Translations under genes and position numbers: made by a program | Assembly: GCA_000091205.1 (NCBI GenBank) | Contig: AP006502.2 | Source of the DNA: Cyanidioschyzon merolae | Taxonomy: Eukaryota | Length of the DNA: 64,000 nt | Strand: one strand, 5' to 3' | Notes under the pieces: generated by a model | The model's input: only the letters and a program-made list of their open reading frames with translations | What the model was told of the DNA's origin: nothing | Databases searched by the model: none | Shown here: positions 31,841-44,400 of the stretch, piece by piece | How the letters are laid out: every line of letters starts with the position of its first letter | Position numbering within the stretch: position 1 is the first letter of the stretch

Positions 31841-33403
31841 ATGGTGTCCAACCTTCTACCTGTGCCTGCTCCGAGCCAGGCACACGCACCATCGATGCAT
31901 CTTACTTTAATGGAGCGGTTCTGGCGCGTTTGCTTTCTCGTTCGATGTTTCTTCAACAGCGTAAGAGAGCGAGGATTATACACCACATCGCGGGTACGGC
32001 TGTCGCTCTGGTTGAACACGGAAAGCAAGCGTAAGCGTTTCGCCAGAGGTCTGGGTCTCTTCTGCGCTATCTTTGCGATTATTCTGACTTTGACCTCCCT
32101 CCGGATCGACGAGGATCTCCGCCGCTACCAGACCAGCGCGCACATGGACTATCATTACAGGGCACGCATTGCTCGCTTGAACAAGGCACTCGTGCGGCGA
32201 TGGTGGATTCGTGCGGGCAACGCTTCCTACGAACGCACCCGAAAAAACGTACCACCTCTTGCCAACAGTCTGGACCTCCAAGTGAATGGTAACATCATGC
32301 GAGATGTTGACGATCCTTTTGTATATTGCTCCAAAGCGCCGCTCTACCTGGACATTGCAGAGGCGACCCGGAGAGCGGTCGTTGCTGCAGCATACCCTGC
32401 ACCCGCAATCTCAATCATCTTCGTTACAAAACGCCCAGGAGGCTATGATATGTTGTTGAACTCACTTGCGCAGCAGAGTCGCAAGAGCCCTCTAGACTAT
32501 GAGCTCATTTGTGTTGACGAGTTGGCACCGTTCCGCGCGGAGCTGGTGCGCGCACAAGCCCGCGAGCTGGGTATCAATCTTGTCGCAATCGTTCCAAGCA
32601 AGCCACGTCAGACACGTTACCACTCGCTACCGTTCGGCATCTACAATGCACTGAATACCGGTTTCCTCCTGAGTCGTGGTCGAATTATCACGGTTCTCAT
32701 GGACAATGGATGGCTCCCTGCAAACTACATAGAGCGCACGCTCGAATTTTATGCCAACCCTGCACACGCTCGCTCATTCCTCGCTTACCCTGAGTGGTTT
32801 TTCACAACGGAAAAACCGGATCAGCAGCGTCTCCATAATCCGCTCACAGCGCATCTGTTTCCGGACCCATGGATCGCACCGCCTGTGGAATACACCAAAG
32901 GCGGACGGATGCACGGTAATTCCTCCATCCGGAACGTGAACCCCGGCTACATGCGGCCCGAAGAGCTAGTCCAGGCGTGGCGACGCGGAGATCCAGCTGG
33001 ATTCGTTCAACAAGATCCGAAAAATGGATTCTGGGAAATGAGTTTCTGCACCTGTCCATGGAGCGCCATTGAAGAACTCAATGGCCTGGAGGAGTTTCTT
33101 GACATTGGCGACGACTGTCACGAAAGCAACCTGCGCTTCCGGGCTCATCGTCTGGGTTACGATCTGTGGATCGATGGAAACACCATTATTCAGAACGTTT
33201 GGCACAAATTCTACGAGGACTCTAAGACTTGGAACCGCTACGCGTCGGATACCAATATTCCTCGATTCTTTACTGAGGAAATGTCCGCAATCAAGGCCGG
33301 CAAACGCCCAGTTGTGAGCCAGGACGCCCAAGTCGACTGGAAAGTATGGCGCAGCTTGGATTGTCCCATTCAGGTTGCTCGACCGGGTGCTATTTTCTGG
33401 TGA
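31841..33403 (+). CDS. Hypothetical type II membrane protein, possible nucleotide-sugar glycosyltransferase
   Basis: 520-aa uninterrupted ORF with ATG, far longer than chance. Single N-terminal hydrophobic anchor (LGLFCAIFAIILTLTSL) followed by a large lumenal domain (ISIIFVTKRPGGYDML...ELICVDE...). I recognise no confident family. Confidence 0.4.
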   Translation: MVSNLLPVPAPSQAHAPSMHLTLMERFWRVCFLVRCFFNSVRERGLYTTSRVRLSLWLNTESKRKRFARGLGLFCAIFAIILTLTSLRIDEDLRRYQTSAHMDYHYRARIARLNKALVRRWWIRAGNASYERTRKNVPPLANSLDLQVNGNIMRDVDDPFVYCSKAPLYLDIAEATRRAVVAAAYPAPAISIIFVTKRPGGYDMLLNSLAQQSRKSPLDYELICVDELAPFRAELVRAQARELGINLVAIVPSKPRQTRYHSLPFGIYNALNTGFLLSRGRIITVLMDNGWLPANYIERTLEFYANPAHARSFLAYPEWFFTTEKPDQQRLHNPLTAHLFPDPWIAPPVEYTKGGRMHGNSSIRNVNPGYMRPEELVQAWRRGDPAGFVQQDPKNGFWEMSFCTCPWSAIEELNGLEEFLDIGDDCHESNLRFRAHRLGYDLWIDGNTIIQNVWHKFYEDSKTWNRYASDTNIPRFFTEEMSAIKAGKRPVVSQDAQVDWKVWRSLDCPIQVARPGAIFW

Positions 33404-34850
33404 GTTCTGCTCATGGTAGCGAACGTGTGAGCGTCGCGCAAACGTAAAAGGCGCCATGTACCCGAGTCCTGGCGCGGCACCGGCTTGCGTTGCCCATAGC
33501 CGAAGTGTACCCCAAACATGCCAGTTTTGGATCCAATTCGAAGATTGAACTGCTTGCTCTGTTCCCGACTTGAGATTTTTCTCAGATCTGTTTAAGATAT
33601 TGAAAGGCATGCAAAGCACAGCATTAATGGCGTGTGGCGCCGTACGTAGTATTCGGTTTCTCGGACGTTTTTTTCAGGATGGCTGCTTCGCAGCTTCACT
33701 GCTGGAATTCGTTACGTCAACGCAATCAAGATGATCCACGATGCGCTCGAACAGTGATTCGTAGAACAACCAAAAATATTCTCCAGTTCACAGGTACAAG
33801 CTTCCACTCTATTCCGTGTTGGCGCGGGACATGCTCAAATCACGAATCCATCGTCTTTTCGATCTTGCTGTTTCTAGGCAACTCGCAGACGCAGCGATCT
33901 GCGTCACCGGACTGACCAGGGGAAGTTTTCGACGTCGTCCCTGGACGGCTTCTCCAGACGCTCACGCCAAAACGTTCAATGAAATTGTCGCGTGAAATAT
34001 TCGATTCTGTTGGAAAGACATATCCCCTTGTCTTTGAGGTTACTTACGAATCGGCATTGCACAACAACATGGTACCTCATAGAGGGATATTCCCTCACAT
34101 GTCTCTTTCTCTTGCGTTTGCACGAAAAAGGGTCCTGGACTCGGACTTTATTCAACACAGGGATGGCTTCAGCCAGCGTATACGTTGCCGTTTTGCACGA
34201 AAGGGGCCCAGACAGATCAAAATTCATCGAGTTAATCTGATCCCTGGATGTTCCTCTAGGCATTTGTTTCACCATGGAAAGACGTCGCGTTCCACATATC
34301 CCCCACGGGAATCGAAGAACATACGTCTGTGCATGCCATGCGCAGAGTACTCGCCGGCGAGATCGCCCATAAGGAGCCCATGATCATGGAGTACGGCACT
34401 TGGCGCGGAAACTTAGGAGGATACCGTGCGACGCCTTCGAAGCACATCTGGGGCATGTATCGAGCGATAAGGCAAGCGTTCGCACGCCACGGAGTCGCGC
34501 GCGTAGGAGGAAGCGGGATTCACAGATGTTAGCACCTGATTAGAGCGACGACTCTTCGATACGAGTGGCGCACCGAGGCTGCATACAAAGAAGATGAAAA
34601 TGGCAAGCGAAGCGCAGGTCGCAACTTCCGCCTGTCCATGATCTACATTCAAAACGTCCGGTAGCAGCGAAATCTAGACCTTAACCCTGCCATTAACATT
34701 CTTGCACTGCTGACGATGGAGCTGGAGGGAAAGCAGAGACCAGCGCATGTGAAGCCGGTGATAAAAGAGAAGAAATAGAAGCAGCCGGAGACAAGGCCCG
34801 CAAACGCTGCTGTTGATGCTAATGGCAAAGGCCCGGACTTTAAACTGAAT

Positions 34851-35032
34851 GCCCTAGTTATCCACGTAAACCGTTGCATTTTACCCTGACTGAGGATAAA
34901 CATGCTATGGACGCCCTACTTAGCCACGTAAACCGTTGCACTTTACCCTGACTCAGTATATACATGCTATGGACGCCCTACTTAGTCACGTAAACCGTTG
35001 CATTTCACCCTGACTGAGTATAAACATGTTAT
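34851..35032. repeat. Minisatellite, 62-bp unit x 3
   Basis: Unit gccctacttagccacgtaaaccgttgcactttaccctgactcagtatatacatgctatggac starts at 34851, 34913 and 34975 with a few substitutions. Convergent intergenic region before COX10. Confidence 0.85.
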
Positions 35033-35587
35033 GAAAGCAGACGATGAGAAGCCGTGATGATGCCTGTCTACCTGACGATTCTCTCGCCTGATGAATCGGG
35101 CCCATGGCGAGACGCAGCGGACTGGATGCATCTGCGCTGTCCATATCAAAGGCAGTAGACTCCTGATCAGCGACGGTACCTAGAGGTACTGGGCAAGCCT
35201 CGGCGGGGACGCAACTTTTCGCGTGATACCCGCTGGCAGTTCGGCGCCATCAGGTTCCAGCGGGCGGCGCTTCGACGCTGCAGGAAGCATCGAATCCATC
35301 ATGGGCACCAGGAAATAACAGAAAACAGCACCAGAATAGAACGAAATGCGATACGGAACGACAGCGCACGAACCGGGAGAGTCACTGTATGCTTTGGCGG
35401 TACGAGTCTTCGTGGGGCTCCTTGCGAAAAGCACGCATTTACCAAGTTCAAGATATAGCGAGCTCCCGCGGTGCAACTGCGACTATACACTGTGCTGGTT
35501 GCCCACGATACGGTACAGCGGCGTATTTCTAGCCGGTGCATAACGCAAATCACGCTCTTCGGCGACAACCGTGAAACCCCGTCGCGC

Positions 35588-37222
35588 CTAAAAGCGCGGC
35601 GGCGGTAGATAGGGAAGCGGGGCAATGTATGCATCTGGAAACGCGCAATCTATGCCACTCATTACGGCTGATGCATCCTTGCGTAACCGTCGAGCAGACG
35701 CACTGCTTTTCTCGTTGCTAAACGTCAGCGAATCCGTGGAGTCTTTGTTCGGCGTTCGGCACGAGCTCAAATCCGCCTCCGGAAACGTCAAGTGAGCGGG
35801 AGCTGGGGCCCCCCAGTGCCCTGCTTCATACCGTAACTCGAGGGTAGACGGCTTCCCATCTCTAGTGCGGGTCAATAACGTCAAGGCAAGCGCCAATGGA
35901 AGATAAAGAATCGTCTGGCGAAAGAGCCTCCGCGCTACGGCGATGTCTAGCGGGCGTCGAACGAGTTGCCCGGCGTGAAGCGTCAACCAGAGCGCTAGTA
36001 ACGTATGACCGAACCCAAAGCCATCGGCGCAAAGGTGCTCGCGAACAAACCAGACCCCAGTTGGTATCAGCGCTGCCGAAGATACCCACGCCAACCGAGC
36101 GTTCCACACTGGACTCGTCAACGCTAGCATGCGGTAGCCAGCAGACATGTAGTCCGCTCGACAGAGCACTGCGAGGGCATGGAAATGGGGAATTTGCCAG
36201 AAAAACAAGAGGGCTGCTAGCGGGAATCCACCCCGGAGGCTCTCAGCGTCCTTGCCGCAAACGCCAGGAACTGCAGTCCCTGTGTCCGAGGATGCCGCAG
36301 CCCAGCCCATCAGCGGCGGGATTGCCCCAACCAGTGCACCGATCCAGGTGTTGAGTGGAGTCAGCACTTTCAGCGGTGTATAGACCGACACGTAGAGCAG
36401 GGTATTGCCCAGGCCGAGTAGGGCAGTCTGTGGATTCGTTCCCCAGTACAAGGACATGACGCCAGTCATGCCGCATATGCACGCGAAAGCGAGGGCATGG
36501 CCAACGCTCAGTCGACCTGCTGGCAGTGGACGAAAACGAGTGCGCTTCATGCGCGAGTCCAAACGTGCCTCCATGATCTGGTTCATCGTATTCGCTGCGG
36601 CAGCACAGAGAAAAGTCCCAACACTGAGCCACCCGAACCGACGCACTCGCTCCCAAGCGTCTCGCAACCCGACCTGCCGCAGTGTGTCCTGGTCAAGAGC
36701 TCGAGGCGCTGTCTCGTCCACAAGCCCCGGTGAAACGCCGGCAACACGGGCATCCACGGGGTATAGCAGGTACCCCGCTTGTGCGGACAAAACAACCATA
36801 CCGGTTAATCTGTACTTGGATAGACGCAGATAGTCGCGGAAAAAGGAGCCTGCACGCGTCGTGAGCACCTCCGACAGTGTCGATTCGGTAGCAGCCTCTG
36901 AACTTGTAGGCAGTCTTTCCGAAACGCCGGCGGCGCAGCCCAGTTCGGTACTGAGGTGAGCAGCGCGCGTACCGACCGCTGTTGCGGTGCTCCGACCCAA
37001 AAGCGGCGCCCGAGCGCTCGCGCCAACAGCTGCGCTCAGCGGCACAAGTCGTGACACAGCTTTCAAAGACGTCAGCTCCCGAACACTTTGCCACAGAGGC
37101 GCTGTGGGTGGAACGACCCCAGGGCAGTCAACACCGGCCCAGGCCCTGTTCGCGAGAGCGCGCCCTGGGTAACAGCGAACCGAGTGCCGCTTTAGTAGAG
37201 GCAGCGTCCTCCCCAGTGACAT
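35588..37222 (-). CDS. COX10: Protoheme IX farnesyltransferase (heme O synthase, COX10; UbiA family), mitochondrial presequence
   Basis: NTMNQIMEARLDSRMKRTRFRPLPAGRLS (COX10 Asp-rich motif), YTPLK, FFWQIPHFHALA (COX10 signature), multiple TM helices. N-terminal Arg/Ser-rich presequence from ATG 37222 (track start TTG 37252). ~100-aa C-terminal tail beyond the family core. Confidence 0.85.
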   Translation of the reverse strand: MSLGRTLPLLKRHSVRCYPGRALANRAWAGVDCPGVVPPTAPLWQSVRELTSLKAVSRLVPLSAAVGASARAPLLGRSTATAVGTRAAHLSTELGCAAGVSERLPTSSEAATESTLSEVLTTRAGSFFRDYLRLSKYRLTGMVVLSAQAGYLLYPVDARVAGVSPGLVDETAPRALDQDTLRQVGLRDAWERVRRFGWLSVGTFLCAAAANTMNQIMEARLDSRMKRTRFRPLPAGRLSVGHALAFACICGMTGVMSLYWGTNPQTALLGLGNTLLYVSVYTPLKVLTPLNTWIGALVGAIPPLMGWAAASSDTGTAVPGVCGKDAESLRGGFPLAALLFFWQIPHFHALAVLCRADYMSAGYRMLALTSPVWNARLAWVSSAALIPTGVWFVREHLCADGFGFGHTLLALWLTLHAGQLVRRPLDIAVARRLFRQTILYLPLALALTLLTRTRDGKPSTLELRYEAGHWGAPAPAHLTFPEADLSSCRTPNKDSTDSLTFSNEKSSASARRLRKDASAVMSGIDCAFPDAYIAPLPYLPPPRF

Positions 37223-37926
37223 GATTCTACCGGAGAAACTGCAGCCGCTCAAATGATGCGGCGACGACGTGCAGCGGCAACCTCGCCGGACGAGGCCTAC
37301 AGAATGTCTAGAGGCGTTGGGTGTTATGCTTCAGTAGTGTGAGAGCGGCGACGCTGATGGTGCTCGCGGTGCGCAGTTTCGACAGGGATACGGATGAGAC
37401 AATTATGTATATTATTGCAAAGCACGTTCGGCAGCCGCCTCAACGTCGGATTTCGATCTGGATGCCTCAGGCTATTCGGGTGTGCCGACACCAGCACGCA
37501 CTTCACTAGCGTCTGTTGTGCACAAAAGCTGAATGATGCAGCTCGTCCTCGGCTAAGCGTGCACCTTGATGCTATCTGCACGATCATGGTTCGTACCGGG
37601 TTTGCGCATGCGCAGCACGATGCTTCTCTGCCTCCATCATGCGTTTGCATTGATGTATGTGACTGGGGTGCCAGCTAGATTCCGCTGCACGTTGCGAGCG
37701 TGCATTGATCATTCGCTCTCGAATGGGCGCTTTCCTTCAGGTTTCTTGCAAGTTTGAGGAGCTACCGGATCCAAGATGGATGTTTTTGGCCAAATGGTGT
37801 CATACGAGTGCACAGGAAAATAGAGATTATGAGGAATGAACATGCCGCTCTCGACTCTGGACGCATGAATGGTGCTGCGGTCACAGCGGTGACTCGACCA
37901 AATGGTGCTATGCATCTTTTTTTCAG

Positions 37927-38132
37927 ATCATACGCAATACGTCCCTTGCTCTATCATTCTAAACGATTTGTCGATTACACAGCGTATCCCGTTTCCTATT
38001 TGCCAGATCATACGCAATACGTCCCTTGCTCTATCATTCTGAACGTTTTGTCGATTACACAGCGTATCCCGTATCCCATTTGCCGAATCATACGCAATAC
38101 GTCCCTTGCCCTATCATTCTAAACGACTTGTC
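37927..38132. repeat. Minisatellite, 80-bp unit x ~2.6
   Basis: Unit atcatacgcaatacgtcccttgctctatcattctaaacgatttgtcgattacacagcgtatcccgtttcctatttgccag starts at 37927, 38007 and 38087. Divergent intergenic region downstream of COX10 start. Confidence 0.85.
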
Positions 38133-38416
38133 TACGAGACATCGCCCAGTTCATCGATGAACAGCAGCGGTCAGCCAAAGGCGCGTGCGTTACGCGACGG
38201 GTGGCGCGAAAGCGCGGGAGCCTGAGCGCTTACCGCCTCTGGGCGCAACGCGCGGCTTGCGCTTCTGGGCTAGCTTGAGCCTGTACGACACGAACGTTCA
38301 GAGCGGGACACACTTGGCAACTATTTCGCTTTTCTGGACTGCTTTATTTATCATCTAGGAGTGAAACTGGAGTCGGTTTTTGCATAGAAAACGGGCACTG
38401 CGGATATTCGCAGTTC

Positions 38417-40261
38417 ATGAAAGTCAGCGGGCGACAAGCGGAGTCCTCTTGGTCGCCGCTGACGCCCAGCGCAAAAGTTGTCCAGCGAACCGAAGGCACT
38501 CTGCTAGACCTGACCGAATGGCCTACGTCGCTAGATCCAGAGTCATGGACTGTTGACCACGCCACCTACGCGTGTCTATGGAATGACGAGCAGCCGCTTT
38601 CTTCGCTTTGGAGCAACGAGGAGCTCGACAGTCAGCAGGTCGAGCTGCCTCTCAGCACCGAACGGAATATTCTTACACTGAACTCTCCTGGTCAGCCCTG
38701 CAACCCAAGTGGCAATGATCTACTCACCGCACAGCTACCTATGAAGGAAGTGAAAGAAGCACGTGCGAGCGTTTTGGACGATATGGCTGCGAGCCGTGCG
38801 CTCCCGGAGGGCTCTAATCTGCTCACGCTGGCGCAGCGTACTGTTCATACGGCTGGTGGCGGCACTATCAGCGTTCGCTTTAGAGACGATAGAGCCCTGA
38901 ACGCCGATACCAGTCTCGCTCAAAGCGTTTGTGAAGAGGCGGCATTCACTGAAGCTCGCGGCTTTCTCGGGGCGAGCACCGTTTGCTGCCACACTGGCGG
39001 CCATGTTGCGGCACAAGTGCTTTGTCGTGATGGCAACATGAAGTCTTGCGATACGGGTCCCAAGAATCAGGTTTACATGAAAGCGGCGGATTCTGACGAC
39101 TTCATCGGGGCCTCGGGTTTCGCGCCAGACGCCTCAGCGCCTGGCAAAGAGATCACCTCACCCTTGCCGTGGACGGCGGATCACCGGCAAGTTCCAGCAT
39201 GGCCGCGGCACGCTAGGCGAATACGTGCCCCCTTGAACCTGGAGAATACCCTGAGGTCCACGAATATGGCGCTGGGACCAGAACAGCATATCGATGACAA
39301 AGGTTTACCAGGATCCGGGGACACATCTCCGCGGAAACCGAGCACCGCTCCCGAAGATTTCGAGGATTTCGGATCAACAGCTGTTGGCATGGACCGAATC
39401 GAGCGTGATTCGGCGCTATCCGGAGAAGCGTCAGCGATTCTGGACTCGCAATCGGCACTTCATTGTGCAGAGTGGCTTCATGAATGGAATGAGAGCGCGG
39501 ATCCGTGGCGCACGTCACTGGCTTCATCGGGTCTCGCCAGCACCCCTAATCTGCATAGCTCTTCCCGAGGAAATTTGATCGATCCAGAAACAACGGCGAC
39601 ATCGGCGTCAAATCTGCCTGCATACAACATATGTGGTGGCTTGCTCCTGGGAACGCTGCAAACGACCGTCATCGCCATCGACTGCTCCCAGACGGCGCAC
39701 GGGGATGCACCGACTGCAACCCGCTGGCAAACCTCGCGTGAAGCTGAGACTGGAGAGGCGCGGCACCAAGGCATGAGCCTCCAACGATGCCAGATCGGAG
39801 ACGTTCTCAAGCAAAAGCGATCTCGCGAACGAGATCATCTAGAGGACTCGATGGATCAGGTTCCCGCTGATGCTCACTTCAACGCAATGCTTCACATGTC
39901 GAAGAGCCTGGTTCAAGGAGACGACGACGATGACGTTCCGCAACAGACGTCCGTGACGTATGCAACCCCTGCACGGAAGCGACAGCGCCGCTGTGACGAT
40001 CCGCCCGGGCATCGGCATTCGTTGCATGCGGGGTTACCACCCTTGCAAAGCACGGCGCATCCACTGGCTACCGGCAACAATGCCGCGGACTTGGATAGCA
40101 GGCGCTCACTGCGGGACTTTGTGGTCAACAGAATCGGAGCGTTTCGGCGCATGGTACCTCGCCTGCGCGAAGCCGGTCCGTACTGGCAACTCGAAAACGG
40201 CACGACTTGGCGCGCGCCGGTGGTACTTGCGGATCCAACGCCGGCGCTTCATCTTCTCTAA
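38417..40261 (+). CDS. Hypothetical protein (Ser/Ala/Asp-rich, no recognised domain)
   Basis: 614-aa ORF with ATG start, far longer than expected by chance even at this GC. Low-complexity acidic stretches; I recognise no family. Confidence 0.35.
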   Translation: MKVSGRQAESSWSPLTPSAKVVQRTEGTLLDLTEWPTSLDPESWTVDHATYACLWNDEQPLSSLWSNEELDSQQVELPLSTERNILTLNSPGQPCNPSGNDLLTAQLPMKEVKEARASVLDDMAASRALPEGSNLLTLAQRTVHTAGGGTISVRFRDDRALNADTSLAQSVCEEAAFTEARGFLGASTVCCHTGGHVAAQVLCRDGNMKSCDTGPKNQVYMKAADSDDFIGASGFAPDASAPGKEITSPLPWTADHRQVPAWPRHARRIRAPLNLENTLRSTNMALGPEQHIDDKGLPGSGDTSPRKPSTAPEDFEDFGSTAVGMDRIERDSALSGEASAILDSQSALHCAEWLHEWNESADPWRTSLASSGLASTPNLHSSSRGNLIDPETTATSASNLPAYNICGGLLLGTLQTTVIAIDCSQTAHGDAPTATRWQTSREAETGEARHQGMSLQRCQIGDVLKQKRSRERDHLEDSMDQVPADAHFNAMLHMSKSLVQGDDDDDVPQQTSVTYATPARKRQRRCDDPPGHRHSLHAGLPPLQSTAHPLATGNNAADLDSRRSLRDFVVNRIGAFRRMVPRLREAGPYWQLENGTTWRAPVVLADPTPALHLL

Positions 40262-40594
40262 ATGGATTGATGCTGATGCACCGCTGACCTGAAGGAGCAT
40301 GCTGGACCTGGGCGTCCATATGACACCCCTGAAAACTGATACACCGCGCCGTACTGCTTGAAGCGGCATCGAATCAGCTTGAAGTGTTAGAGCGGTGGTC
40401 TTTCGCACGCAAACCTCAACGTTTCTATGCTGATTTCAGACCAGAGTGGATCAGGCCCACGTGGCTAACTCGAGCGTATACGCTAAAGTTGAGGTCTCGT
40501 TCCGCTTTCATCTACAGTGATCCTCACAGGCTCGTTCTGAGATTGCTTGGTTCCCTCGATACATCTCTCTCTCTCTCTGTCGGATATCCGGATA

Positions 40595-41095
40595 TCAACA
40601 CGCCGGTCTCGTATATCGTTCCAGCTTCGCTATCAGCAGCAGGATCAGGTTGATGGCAGCGTTAGGGTCGCGATTTCGCCGCTTCTGGCTGTTGTCAATG
40701 TATTTCATGCCCAGGCAAAAGCTAAGATTCACGCATCGCTTGACTTTTTCATCTTTCCCCGAGTCTAGCATCGGTGCGTGCCACGCATTGGGGACTCTTG
40801 CCCGTTGTAAAGTGTTCCCGTATGGCAAAGATCCGTCAGTCTTCGAGAAGCGGCCCCGTGGCACGCGAACGCTTGCTTCATCTCTCGGTGTACGCCCTTG
40901 ACGGAGTACAGAAGGCTCGCCCCAAAGTACTCCTCTGTTTCCGCTTCTGAACGATCCCTTACGGCAAATGCGCTGTCGGCTGCATGCGGAAGCGCACGTT
41001 GTCTCGTTTGATAGGGAAGTTATGGAATGTGATGTTCTCCATGATGGAACAAGTACCGAAAAGAATACGCAGGGTGGAGAACGCGTCGAGCGCAT
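40595..41095 (-). mobile_element. TnpB/Fanzor-like C-terminal remnant
   Basis: ORF tail ...KRRNRDPNAAINLILLLIAKLERYTRPAC carries the same RDxNAAIN motif as the relics at 2626-2952 and 28883-29104. Confidence 0.4.
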
Positions 41096-42140
41096 TCCAA
41101 ATATCTACGCCCCGCATCGTGCAAAGCGATGGCAGACTCCCCAATAGAAGCGATCACTGCGATGACGCAAATCCGAATGCAAGACCCATTTCCATGCAAA
41201 TAGGAGAGACACGGGAGCCCCCGGGAGCGTATCCCCTGAGAAGTAGCACTGCTGCTGCTGCTGCTGCTGAATGCCAAATCATCGCTTGAAGGCCCGCATT
41301 TTAGGTTCAGTTGTTGTTTTTTGCGAGCATTCGATTATTTGAATCGACAATTTCCGTTATCTTTCTGCATGCGAATCTCAACCATTCGTCAAGGGAACAA
41401 GTCGAGTACGTTTTACTCGTCGATGCAACAACGCGAACCGTTACGCCCATGGGATGTTTTGAAATAGAAAGATCGAAAACTTGAAGCGTGCGCGATTGGA
41501 GCATCCTGCACGTACGGAAAGTACAAACGCAGCGGCTCGTACGTACGCGTCGTCGGTTAACGATATCGGGTCTTTTGTACACCCTTGTTCGAGAGTATCA
41601 CCAATCATCTTGATTCCCTTGACCTAACGAGTTCCAGCGGGAACGCGTGGAATGAGCCACTCCAGAGCGAGACAGAGGCACCCCAGCATCCTGCGGTTAC
41701 ATGTAGATCCGTATACCCCTATTGCGGCACATCTAAAAAGTTCGAAAAATAATTTCGTGGAATGAACAGAGCAAGTGGTTCAGTGCTCCGCATGAATCTT
41801 ATACGGCTCTAGTGACTCCTTGGTACGACGAAAGGTTCACAGAGTACGGACTAATGAGCAGCGTTGCGCAATGCACGTCGTGGGACTTGCAACAACTGGG
41901 GTCCGGTCTGTCTGGGTAGGGTGCTGCACCTTGGGCTTGAACACGAACTGGGCGCGCTACTGGATGCGCCCCAGCAGCGATCACTGCTGATCTCACTCCG
42001 CTCGCAGGCAGTTACGATACACAGGGCGCATGTTCGCGAGCAACCCATCCGAAAATCCCTCCGACAGTACGTTTAGGTGCGAGTAAGCTCTTTTCGAGCA
42101 ACGCGTTAGCCAATCGCTCTCAATCCACCAAGTGCCTCCA

Positions 42141-43502
42141 CTAGCTCTGCGTCCACTGAATGGATTTCAGGTCTATGCCTTCCTGTACCATCTCCCACAG
42201 GGGCGACATTTCACGTAGCCTCTGCACATGCCGCTCGGCCATATCGACGGCATAGTCAATCTCTGATGCAGTCGTAAAGCGACCAATGCCAAAACGAATA
42301 CTCGTATGTGCGAGATCCTCGTCGACACCGAGCGCGCGAAGCACATAACTCGGCTCCAGGGATGCCGAAGTGCAGGCGCTGCCACTGCTTACCGCGATGG
42401 TTTTCAACGCCATTAGGAGGGATTCCCCTTCCACGTACGCAAAGCTAAAGTTCAGGCATCCGGGGTAACGGAATTCACGCGAACCGTTGAGTTGGACATG
42501 AGGGATTCGTTGCACGATACCATTGTAAAGCCGCTCGGACAGTTCGACAACATGGGCATAGTCCCGCTCCAGTTCCTGTTCAGCCACGTCACAGGCTGCT
42601 CCGAGACCAACCACGAGCGGCGTCGGCAGCGTTCCCGAGCGAAGGCCACGCTCCTGACCGCCGCCGTTGATAATAGGGTCGAGGCGAACGCGCGGACGTC
42701 GGCGCACAAAGAGGGCCCCAACGCCCTTGGGGCCGTATATCTTGTGGCCACTTATGGAGAGCAGGTCGATGTTCATGGCCTCGACGTCGATAGGAATTTT
42801 TCCCACTGCCTGTGCAGCGTCGCAATGGAAGAAGACGCCGCGCTCACGACACAGCTGTCCGATTGCAGCGATGGGTTGCAAGGTCCCAATCTCGTTGTTC
42901 ACAGCCATGACTGAAACGATCGCGGTATCGCTCCGGATGGCAGCTGAGAGCGTCTCGAGGCTAACACGTCCGTCCGGTTGCACTGGAACGTACGTCACCT
43001 GGAAGCCTTCGCGTTCCAGATGCCGGCACGAGTCCAGGACGCACTTGTGCTCGGTGGTGGTCGTCACGATGTGGCGCTTCGATTGGCGGTAGAACTGTGC
43101 TACGCCTTTGATGGCGAGGTTATTGGACTCGGTCGCGCCGCTCGTGAAAATGATCTCCTTTGGACTCGAGGCATTAATGAGTTTCGCGACTTGCTCACGA
43201 GCGCGCTCTGTGGCTTTTTCCGCGCTCCAACCGTAGCTGTGGGTACGGGAATGTGCATTCCCGTATTCGTGTAGAAAATAGGGCAGCATGGCGTCGAGAA
43301 CGCGAGGATCCACGGGAGTCGTCGCCTGAAAGTCCATGTAGATCGGCCGCCTCTGTACAAGTCCTTCTTCTGTCAACTTGGATGCTGCAGCACCTTCAGT
43401 TGCTGCAACTCCTGCCTCGTGGTGTAGGGCGCGAGTCTGTTGCGCTCCAGGGCGCCAACAGGGGCGCAGCACGTTACGCAGCAACAACAGCTGGGAACGC
43501 AT
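42141..43502 (-). CDS. NFS1: Cysteine desulfurase NFS1/IscS (PLP-dependent), mitochondrial presequence
   Basis: Colinear with IscS/NFS1 over the full length: [39 protein letters not shown]-Lys [21 protein letters not shown], catalytic loop [22 protein letters not shown]-terminal presequence from ATG 43502 (track start TTG 43604). Confidence 0.95.
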   Translation of the reverse strand: MRSQLLLLRNVLRPCWRPGAQQTRALHHEAGVAATEGAAASKLTEEGLVQRRPIYMDFQATTPVDPRVLDAMLPYFLHEYGNAHSRTHSYGWSAEKATERAREQVAKLINASSPKEIIFTSGATESNNLAIKGVAQFYRQSKRHIVTTTTEHKCVLDSCRHLEREGFQVTYVPVQPDGRVSLETLSAAIRSDTAIVSVMAVNNEIGTLQPIAAIGQLCRERGVFFHCDAAQAVGKIPIDVEAMNIDLLSISGHKIYGPKGVGALFVRRRPRVRLDPIINGGGQERGLRSGTLPTPLVVGLGAACDVAEQELERDYAHVVELSERLYNGIVQRIPHVQLNGSREFRYPGCLNFSFAYVEGESLLMALKTIAVSSGSACTSASLEPSYVLRALGVDEDLAHTSIRFGIGRFTTASEIDYAVDMAERHVQRLREMSPLWEMVQEGIDLKSIQWTQS

Positions 43503-43959
43503 GGCGCCTTCGAGTCCTTTGACCGTCCTGCTTGCTGCGTTCCGGCTAAACGACTTGCTCTGCGTGATAAACCTTCCGTTTCCAGAAAGATGCACTCGGC
43601 ACAATGTCGGCTTCGTGACCAGCAGAAGCTAGAGCCGCTTTCCACTGCCCCGCAAAGTGCACCTGTTGCTCGGTACGGTCGCTATTACCTGTTTTCACGC
43701 CTGCTCCAGCACACACTCCCAACTAGCTACGTCCAGGTTCAATCTATGTTCACTATTCTCCACAAGAAACAGTGAAGCAGAAAGGTACAATCGTATACCT
43801 GTTCTGCGTACGAAACTTGAAGAACACTTCGACAGGTGTGAATGTCTTCGCAGTGCGTTGCGTTCCCAGCGAGACTTGTGCGTCGCCTGCATTCTGCCGA
43901 GCTCCGCACTTTTGCCGTCGTTCACCTGAATTATGTTCCGCGCTGAAATACTTGTCACG

Positions 43960-44400
43960 AAATCCTTTTTCGGAGTTTATAGCAAACGCGTTTAAAGTGC
44001 GTTCATTTGAAGGAATAAAAATCCAGGAAAAGGTATGGATGTGCAGGTCGGGGATCTTCGCGGTCTGTCAATACCAGTTGCCCGAAGAAGATCGAAAAAT
44101 CCACTTCTCGCCGACTATCGGGCGAGGAAGCGCAAGTGAATATGAAGATGGACACGGCAGATAGACGAGGAAAGATGTTTGGCCGACGGGAGGATCACAA
44201 GCCTGCAGCGGTACGAGTGGCTCGAGTTCGGGCAATCCTTGCATTGGTTCGTTCAGTTCGAGGCAACGAACGCGCGGAGTTCCTGAAGCGAGACATCAAC
44301 GCCGTCATTCAACATCAGACTATGTGTGGTGTTGAAGTCGAGACCCGGGGAGCTTTCGATATCTAACCTAGTGGGGGTGCCTCTCAGACTCGAAATGGTA
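43960..44400 (+). repeat. Dispersed repeat copy (family T): TnpB/Fanzor 3'-end-derived remnant
   Basis: ~70% nucleotide identity to 47290-47770. Translations are also homologous (FSEFIANAFKVRSFEGIKIQEK.. vs CSQFIADAFEKLSFGEIEIRGK..). Tail ERAEFLKRDINAVI resembles the RDFNAAINI RuvC-III motif. Confidence 0.45.
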